DNA from: an uncultured bacterium | Lineage (GTDB): Bacteria; Muiribacteriota; Ozemobacteria; Ozemobacterales; Ozemobacteraceae | Assembly: GCA_937949615.1 (NCBI GenBank) | Contig: CALEDQ010000018.1 | Span: 1-12,160 of the forward strand | Reading direction: 5' to 3' | DNA length: 12,160 nt | Shown here: positions 6,603-12,160 of the stretch, one piece after another | Position numbering within the stretch: the stretch's first letter is position 1 | How the letters are laid out: each line of letters opens with the position of its first letter | Notes under the pieces: generated by a model | The model's database searches: none | Told to the model about the DNA's origin: nothing | Seen by the model: only the letters and a program-made list of their open reading frames with translations | Made by a program: the position numbers and the translations under genes

Positions 6603-6611
6603 CCCCCCCCC
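6603..6611. repeat. Homopolymeric C9 tract in the intergenic region between convergent genes
   Basis: atccccccccccgaatt; 24 nt downstream of the 6079-6579 stop. Confidence 0.6.
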
Positions 6612-6693
6612 GAATTGTCTGCTTTCCTGATCCAACAAAGCTGGCTGTTATTCCAGAAAATTGCCCTGTTCGAACTGGATATATTCAAAAAGC

Positions 6694-8613
6694 TCAATCG
6701 CCGGCAGGGCCTTTATAGTCTCTTACAAAGTCTTCGACCATATCGGAAGATTCACTGCGCAGGCCGATGCGTTCTTCAATACCTTTCTGAACAGTTTCGA
6801 GCGCAACCCGGGTGACCTCTTCGGCGGCAAAATTATAGCCTCTGGCTACGTCTTCTTCGATCTTTTTAAGTTTCTCCTGGTAAGCTTCAACGCGTTTTTT
6901 CGTCTCTTCGCCAACAAGCGAGTCGACGATTTCTTTACCGGAAACCTTGAGTTCGAGCTCAACCCGTTCTCGAATTGAATCTTTCAGGCGTTCTTCAAGC
7001 TGGGCTGGATTCTGGATCAGTTTGTGAGCCTGTTCGAAGGCGCTGAAAGCCTTTTTCAATTCTGGCTGCGAGTCGATAAAACGCATGGCCTGTTCAAACC
7101 CGTGCTGAGCGACGAGATCGCGAATATTAGAACTGCGCGCGGTATTGATAAGGTCAACAGCCTGCTCGACCCGCAACTTCACATCGGCCGGCAGATTTTC
7201 GACTACGACTTCTTTGAGAATATCCTGACGATTTACGTTCTCGCCATTGATAAGTCTTTTAACCAGCGGGTTCTCACGCACCTTTTCCGGCAGCAGTTTT
7301 TCGGCCAGACGAGAGTTGAGACTTCGGCCCGTTGTCTCTTCAAGCAGATAATTGACGGCATTATACGGATTCGAATTGTTTTTTACGATATCGACGAGCT
7401 TTTTGACCCTCTCGAATTTTTCTGTCACTTCGTTGACTTTTTCGATGGCGCTGCTGATCCACTTAATTGCTTTAATGAAGCCGGAGTCCTCTTTGGGGAG
7501 CTCGGTAAGAAAATCATGGTAGATAAACTGCTCGAGTTCTTTGCGACGGGCTTCAAGAGCCGCCAGCTTCTCGTCTTTAAGGCCGGCTTCTTCCTGAAGT
7601 TTGAGAATCTCGACATTCAGATTCTGCATCTGCAAGCGCAGCTCTTTGCGGTTTCCCCAGTCTTCGGCGGTATATTTATCACGCATAGCTGCGATTTCTG
7701 AAGTGGCATCTGCAATAACTTTTTTGCATTCAGCGATAGTCGGCAGACCATAACGGAATCCATACTTGTGCTGGAAACTGCCATCAGCAACGGCCTTTTG
7801 GATTTTGCCAATCATTTCGTTGCTGTATTTTATATTTTCACGAAACGAACTGGTATTGACCCAGTTGAATGCCCTCGAAGTGTATGTACCTTCAGCAATT
7901 TTCGTGCGCATTTCAGCTATGGTTTTCTGCCATGAAGCAACTGCGTCTTCAGCATTTTTCACATCTGACTCTGTTGCTTTTCCAGATGCCAGTCTGCCTT
8001 TAATGGCTGCTGTTTCTTCAATCTGTTTCTGCAAAGATTTTTCTGCATTTGCCAGCTCCCCGGCATGTTCGGCAGAAAGTCGCTCAAGGTCTTTTTGCCA
8101 GCCGGCAACAGCTTCTTCTGTTCTTTTGATTTCGGCGGCAGCGAATTCGTGAATGCTCTTCAAATGACTTTCCCATTCTTTAATGAATTCGCGTTTCTTC
8201 TGAATCTGAATAAAACAGTCCCATTTGTTTTCTTCAAGCTGCAGCTCTAAAAGCCGCTTTTGCGATTTCTTTTCTTCAATACGGCGAAGCAAGGCAACCC
8301 TCTGTTCCTCGTTCAAATCAGGTGTGTTTTCACTCTGAATTTTTGCAATAGAGCTCTCGGTAAGCGTCAACAAGTCGTTTGCCCAGCTCTTTTTCTGATT
8401 TACGAGTTCTTTAATTTCAGCCGACAGGCGCTGCACTTCTTCTTCATTACCGGTCTTTCGTGCAGCCTGCATTTTCTGCAATGCGGTGCGTTCGGCAATA
8501 TAAACTGAACTTATAATGCCTTCCTGGGCAAAGATTTGAGAGGCGTGAGACACCATTACAAGTAAAATTCCAAGGAATAGAACCGATTTGACAATGCTAC
8601 GGCTGTGCAACAT
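6694..8613 (-). CDS. Secreted 639-aa coiled-coil protein (hypothetical)
   Basis: AGGAGA RBS 7 nt upstream of the ATG at 8613. N-terminal signal peptide MLHSRSIVKSVLFLGILLVMVSHASQIFAQE. The remainder is extremely rich in E/K/L/Q/A with heptad-like periodicity (…EEVQRLSAEIKELVNQKK…, …LELQLEENK…, …EILKLQEEAGLKDEKLAALEARRKELEQ…). Confidence 0.6.
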   Translation of the reverse strand: MLHSRSIVKSVLFLGILLVMVSHASQIFAQEGIISSVYIAERTALQKMQAARKTGNEEEVQRLSAEIKELVNQKKSWANDLLTLTESSIAKIQSENTPDLNEEQRVALLRRIEEKKSQKRLLELQLEENKWDCFIQIQKKREFIKEWESHLKSIHEFAAAEIKRTEEAVAGWQKDLERLSAEHAGELANAEKSLQKQIEETAAIKGRLASGKATESDVKNAEDAVASWQKTIAEMRTKIAEGTYTSRAFNWVNTSSFRENIKYSNEMIGKIQKAVADGSFQHKYGFRYGLPTIAECKKVIADATSEIAAMRDKYTAEDWGNRKELRLQMQNLNVEILKLQEEAGLKDEKLAALEARRKELEQFIYHDFLTELPKEDSGFIKAIKWISSAIEKVNEVTEKFERVKKLVDIVKNNSNPYNAVNYLLEETTGRSLNSRLAEKLLPEKVRENPLVKRLINGENVNRQDILKEVVVENLPADVKLRVEQAVDLINTARSSNIRDLVAQHGFEQAMRFIDSQPELKKAFSAFEQAHKLIQNPAQLEERLKDSIRERVELELKVSGKEIVDSLVGEETKKRVEAYQEKLKKIEEDVARGYNFAAEEVTRVALETVQKGIEERIGLRSESSDMVEDFVRDYKGPAGD

Positions 8614-8896
8614 GCTATTTCTCCTGTTTTTTTTGAGATTGCTGCTGTTTTAATCATTTTATTTTTAATATATTCCAATTACCTGCAGAATTTCACGGTA
8701 TAAAATCAATGGCTGCTTCCTCGCGCCAGAGAACTTCAGTAATGAAGCCGGAATTCAATGAAAAATTAAAAAATATTTATTTTGTCTTCTGAATCTGGCG
8801 AAGAAATCAGGCAGCTTGAATAACCGGCTGAATGGCCGGATTTACATGATGACAAACGCCGAAAATTGTATGATATAGACACGGAAGGAAAATAAA

Positions 8897-9181
8897 ATGA
8901 ATACAAAAATTCGTCATGATCTGACAGATTTGCCCAATATTGGCCGAGAAGTGGCGCGCCTTCTTGCGCTTGCCGGCATCAATACGCCTGAAGAACTGGT
9001 GCGCACCGGTGCAGTGGAAGCGGCCATCAAAATAAAAAACATTCGACCGGATGACCCGCCATGCCGCAGCATGCTTGCCGGGCTGCATGGCGCAATACTC
9101 GGAGTGCGCTGGCACACGATACCAAAACAGGAACGGGAAAAAATCTGGCTGGAATATCTTGCTCAAACTGGCAGTTCATGA
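8897..9181 (+). CDS. TfoX/Sxy C-terminal-domain protein (stand-alone TfoX_C)
   Basis: AAGGAAAA RBS. MNTKIRHDLTDLPNIGREVARLLALAGINTPEELVRTGAVEAAIKIK...CRSMLAGLHGAILGVRWHTIPKQEREKIWLEY matches the TfoX_C pattern (L..LPNIG....L...GI.T...L...GA........S.L..L.GAI.G..W..). Confidence 0.75.
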   Translation: MNTKIRHDLTDLPNIGREVARLLALAGINTPEELVRTGAVEAAIKIKNIRPDDPPCRSMLAGLHGAILGVRWHTIPKQEREKIWLEYLAQTGSS

Positions 9182-9405
9182 TCAGATATGAGCGAAGAAT
9201 TCTGAGAGCCTGCCCTCATGCAGCTTAACAGCTATTCAACCGGCCCCCAAAATATCACTTGCGTTCGTGTTTTTTTTGGATACATTCATTATAGCTGGCA
9301 CCACTTTTCTTTCGGGCGCTTTCGCGTTTGGGTTCTTGTCTGACTCTCAGGTGATGAATCTCTCCGGTTGTGTGTGGTGCCAGCTTTTTATTTCCGGCAA
9401 TTGTT

Positions 9406-9438
9406 GAAAATCCCCGGCCATCACGTGGCCGGGGATTT
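9406..9438. terminator. Bidirectional rho-independent terminator between the TfoX_C gene and the convergent 9481-9945 gene
   Basis: Perfect 14-bp GC-rich stem aaaatccccggcca / tggccggggatttt with a 5-nt loop. A-run upstream and T-run downstream (gatttttctgtttc). Confidence 0.7.
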
Positions 9439-9480
9439 TTCTGTTTCGGCAGACTTTCAGACGCCAGGCAGCGAGGCCTG

Positions 9481-9945
9481 TCAATTTTCGTTGAGCGCAA
9501 AGGTCGCGCGGCGGGCTTCCCCGATCGAGTAAACGACAACTCTGCCATTTTCGATGTCGACGACCTTGAATTTGCCGTTCACAACCTGGCCGGGTCTGAC
9601 AATGTGCTCATCATTTTCGAACTGAACGACGGCCTCTCTGACGCTGTCATTACCGCAGATGCCGGTAACTGTGAGTTTTAGAGGCGGGATCGCTTTCTTA
9701 ATTTCTTTTTGTGGAACGGGTTCGGGCTGCCGCTCGATTTTAACCGGCTCGATAACCTTTTTGGTGATAAGCGGCCTGAATGGGTCGTGGTCGGCGTTTT
9801 CGCTCTGAAATGCGAAATTCTGACAGAGCTGATCGATAACCGCGATTTCGTCGTTCTGGCTTTCTTCAGCCATAAGAGCGGTCATGGCGCAAAAAATTAC
9901 AGCTACAGCAACAGATAACTTCAGGGCCCTGGCAAGCTTTTTCAT
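9481..9945 (-). CDS. Secreted protein with PilP-like features (tentative: type IV pilus / T2SS inner-membrane assembly lipoprotein-like)
   Basis: Strong RBS GAGGAGG 7 nt before the ATG at 9945, so the track's longer ORF from 9993 is probably not the start. Signal peptide MKKLARALKLSVAVAVIFCAMTALMA. A DPFRP motif is followed by a beta-rich C-terminus ...LKLTVTGICGNDSVREAVVQFENDEHIVRPGQVVNGKFKVVDIENGRVVVYSI..., which resembles the PilP pattern (RDPF ... L.GI....A.L......V..GD.I.....V..I....V.L). Confidence 0.45.
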   Translation of the reverse strand: MKKLARALKLSVAVAVIFCAMTALMAEESQNDEIAVIDQLCQNFAFQSENADHDPFRPLITKKVIEPVKIERQPEPVPQKEIKKAIPPLKLTVTGICGNDSVREAVVQFENDEHIVRPGQVVNGKFKVVDIENGRVVVYSIGEARRATFALNEN

Positions 9946-10168
9946 GATCGACCTCCTCGCTGGTGTTCTGGAAATTAGAACGCGAGGCGGCACAACCGGG
10001 TTTAGATTTTTTTACCGGCGCCGGAATATGGCCAGGATAGCTGAATTTACAGATATGAAAGCAGAGATGGCTGCCATGATAATAATGGCCGGCTTTGAAT
10101 TGCCGGTTAAAACTGGTAGACTGACCCGACAGGATAAAAAATGCCGGCTGATTTAAACCCGGCTGCAG

Positions 10169-11254
10169 ATGCCGGTGAACCGGGAGAAAGATATGCAAGC
10201 AGACGAACAGAACAGGCCAGCGGGCCGCGAAATCATCGATATGGCCGGCCGTCGGGTTACCCTGCCCGCAGTCATAAAAACCGTTTATTCGGCTTCTCCG
10301 TATGGGTTTACCGCTCTCTGCAGCATAGCATCAGAGATGCTGCCGGGGCTGATTCAGCCGCTGACGGGCGAAAGCCTGAAGTATCTTCCCGCCTGCCTTC
10401 ATCAGCTGCCGGTAATCGGCATGCTGCCCGACACCGACGGTCTGGCCAAGGCCCGGCCCGATCTGGTGGTCGTCTGGGCCGAGACAAAAAAGCCGTTCCA
10501 TAAAAAATCAGAAGATGCTCTCAATGCTCTCAATCTGCCGTTTGCGTATGTAACCATGGGCGATCTTGTCGATCTGGCCGACTACCCGGCGGCTTACGAT
10601 TTTCTTGGCGATCTGCTCAATCAGAAAGAGCGAACCGACAGGCTGGCTTCATACTGCCGGCAGACGCTGAGCGAAGTCGAGGCGGTTCTGCAGCAGGTTC
10701 CGGCCGACAGTCGCCCGCGGGTTTATTATGCAGAAGGCCGCGATGGCCTGGCGACGGAATTTGATGATTCACTGCACGCGCATCTTCTCAAACTGGCCGG
10801 CGACGTAAACATTCACCGTGGCAACATCAAGACGCATGCGGGTATGGAAAGGGTCAGCATCGAGCAGGTTGCCGCTGCCGGGCCCGATATCATTATCGCT
10901 CTCGAACGGGCTTTTTTCGCCGATGTCTTCAGGAACCCTGAGTGGCAGCAGGTAAAGGCGGTAAGAGACCGGCGCGTCTTTCTGATTCCGTCGCTGCCTT
11001 TCAACTGGTTCGACCGTCCGCCTTCCTTCATGCGCTTTATCGGGCTGAAATGGCTGATGAAATGCCTTTATCCCGAGCATTACCAGATCGACCTGATCGC
11101 TGAAGTCAGGCATTTTTTCAGTCTTTTTCTGGGCATCACGGTTTCGGCTGCCGAGGCTGCCGAACTTATAAACCAGCCGGTCAGGCATCAGACAAAAGGC
11201 CTGGCACCGCATCGTTACCCCGATTCTCTCAAGCCAACGGGCAAAGCGGGCTGA
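10169..11254 (+). CDS. ABC transporter substrate-binding protein, Peripla_BP_2 (FecB/BtuF, iron-siderophore/cobalamin) family. No N-terminal signal peptide visible; possible starts at 10169, 10193 or 10241.
   Basis: Class III PBP architecture: ...IIDMAGRRVTLPAVIKTVYSASPYGFTALCSIA... LPVIGMLPDTDGLAKARPDLVVVW ... ALNALNLPFAYVTMGDL ... LGDLLNQKERTDRLASYCRQTLSEVEAVLQQVPADSRPRVYYAEG ... LLKLAGDVNI ... VSIEQVAAAGPDIIIAL ... PEWQQVKAVRDRRVFLIP. GC is about 60 percent. Confidence 0.7.
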   Translation: MPVNREKDMQADEQNRPAGREIIDMAGRRVTLPAVIKTVYSASPYGFTALCSIASEMLPGLIQPLTGESLKYLPACLHQLPVIGMLPDTDGLAKARPDLVVVWAETKKPFHKKSEDALNALNLPFAYVTMGDLVDLADYPAAYDFLGDLLNQKERTDRLASYCRQTLSEVEAVLQQVPADSRPRVYYAEGRDGLATEFDDSLHAHLLKLAGDVNIHRGNIKTHAGMERVSIEQVAAAGPDIIIALERAFFADVFRNPEWQQVKAVRDRRVFLIPSLPFNWFDRPPSFMRFIGLKWLMKCLYPEHYQIDLIAEVRHFFSLFLGITVSAAEAAELINQPVRHQTKGLAPHRYPDSLKPTGKAG

Positions 11255-11356
11255 GCCGGTGAGCGCAAATAATTTCTTTTAAAATTGCAGATTTACGAAG
11301 TCATAGCAGCTTAAACAGTCGATTCAATCCAGACACTACAGAACAGGTGAGCAAAA

Positions 11357-12160
11357 ATGAGTCTTTCAGCCGAAGAACTTAAAAATCTATTGAAACAGCA
11401 CAATACCGCAGGCATCAGCATCGCGGTTCTGCGCGATTTTCATCTGGCTTATACGCAATGTGAAGGCGTTATCAGTGAAGAATCGCGCGAACCTCTCTGG
11501 CCTGACACGGTTTTTCAGGCGGCGTCGATCAGCAAGGTCATTTCTGCGGTTTTAACCATGATTCTGGTTGAAAAAGGCAGACTGGACCTCGACAAACCGG
11601 TAAATAAATATCTGAAGTCATGGAAACTGCCTGAAAACGACTTCACCAGCAAGACTCCGGTAACCATCAGACGGATGCTCAGTCATTTTTCCGGTATCAA
11701 TGTGCCGAGTTACCGAGGTTTTGCAAAAAAAGGCCCGATACCCTCATTGTCAGACGTATTGAAAGGAACCAACCCATCTGACGCGCCGGCGGTACTTGTT
11801 GAAAACCCGGTTGACGGGCAATTCGCTTATTCTACCGGCTCTTTTGCGGTTCTACAGACGATTTTACAGGATGTTACCGGCGAAAATTTTGAAGCGCTGG
11901 TGCAGCGCGAACTGCTGCAGCCGTTGAACATGTACAGAAGTTTCTTTGCGCAGCCACTCAGCGGGCATTTGAGCAAAAATGCAGCCTGCGGCCACAGCAC
12001 TGACGGCGAACCGGTAGAAGGCAACTGGTTTGTCTACCCGACTCAGGCAGGCAGTGGCATCTGGACAACCCCCACCGACCTGGCCAGACTTGCCCTGCAT
12101 CTACAGAAAATACTGCAGGGCAACACTTCAGGTCTGCTGCAGCCACAGTCGCTGAAAACG
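11357..12160 (+). CDS. Serine hydrolase, class C beta-lactamase/esterase family (PF00144-like), 5' portion; it continues beyond the right edge, so it is absent from the ORF track
   Basis: Manual translation from the ATG at 11357 (AGGTGAG upstream) gives MSLSAEELKNLLKQHNTAGISIAVLRDFHLAY...PLWPDTVFQAASISKVISAVLTMILVEKGRLDLDKPVNKYL... with the S-x-x-K active-site motif (ASISK) and ...GQFAYSTGSFAVLQTILQDVTGENFEALVQRELLQPL... (Y-S-x block). The frame is open to position 12160. Confidence 0.75.
   Translation, partial: MSLSAEELKNLLKQHNTAGISIAVLRDFHLAYTQCEGVISEESREPLWPDTVFQAASISKVISAVLTMILVEKGRLDLDKPVNKYLKSWKLPENDFTSKTPVTIRRMLSHFSGINVPSYRGFAKKGPIPSLSDVLKGTNPSDAPAVLVENPVDGQFAYSTGSFAVLQTILQDVTGENFEALVQRELLQPLNMYRSFFAQPLSGHLSKNAACGHSTDGEPVEGNWFVYPTQAGSGIWTTPTDLARLALHLQKILQGNTSGLLQPQSLKT

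Noticed and set aside
7024-8508. Several plus-strand ORFs (7024-7701, 7766-8152, 8065-8250, 8260-8508) and minus-frame ORFs (7425-7811) inside the 6694-8613 gene
   Set aside because: They are antisense to or out of frame with a 639-aa ORF that has an RBS, a signal peptide and a consistent coiled-coil composition. Their low-complexity Phe/Leu/Ser-rich translations are typical of reading the opposite strand of a Glu/Lys/Leu-rich gene.
8831-8845. tggccggattt upstream of the TfoX_C gene, resembling the ggccggatt core of the IS-end motif
   Set aside because: The match is only 9-10 bp and lacks the TTCTGA half and the terminus. Such a match is expected by chance in GC-rich sequence.
9884-10503. 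Track ORFs 9884-10156 and 10141-10503, which overlap the region upstream of and the 5' part of the PBP gene
   Set aside because: They are GC-rich alternative frames with Arg/Gly/Pro-rich translations characteristic of off-frame reading in high-GC DNA. They are kept in mind only as possible evidence of a frameshift in the PBP N-terminus.
1-12160. Scan for CRISPR repeats, tRNA-like GTTCGAATCC motifs, and rRNA
   Set aside because: No regularly spaced direct repeats and no tRNA T-arm/acceptor signatures in any intergenic region. Nothing resembling rRNA.

Overview
This 12.2-kb window is a compositional mosaic with mostly monocistronic genes in alternating orientation. No rRNA, tRNA or CRISPR array is visible. 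The left edge carries the 5' portion of an IS21-family istA transposase gene on the minus strand, which runs off the window. Its ~240-bp upstream end region (488-728) contains arrays of a TTCTGA-N(4-6)-CCGGCC motif in both orientations and terminates around 728 with TGTGAATTCTTGAAATATCCGGCC. Two further copies of this terminus lie in the opposite orientation at 3001-3043 and 4087-4195. Together they bracket an AT-rich segment (GC about 40 percent by eye, against about 60 percent for the right end of the window). That segment encodes three genes. The first is a 481-aa protein with an unrecognised N-terminal domain fused to Sel1-like repeats, whose reading frame opens right at the IS end. The second is a solitary IS200-like/RAYT-like Y1 HUH transposase. 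The third is a membrane protein with three predicted transmembrane segments, sitting between the two extra end copies. The rest of the window encodes, in order: a secreted Amidase_2/PGRP-type N-acetylmuramoyl-L-alanine amidase; a divergent pair of C-x2-C...C-x2-C zinc-ribbon proteins; a 639-aa secreted coiled-coil protein; a stand-alone TfoX C-terminal-domain protein; a convergent secreted PilP-like protein sharing a perfect 14-bp bidirectional terminator with the TfoX gene; a Peripla_BP_2 (FecB/BtuF-type) ABC substrate-binding protein with no visible signal peptide; and the 5' part of a class C beta-lactamase-family serine hydrolase. The most plausible candidate for something new is the IS-end-bracketed islet (729-4195). 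All functional calls rest on motif recognition by eye; no database search was run.
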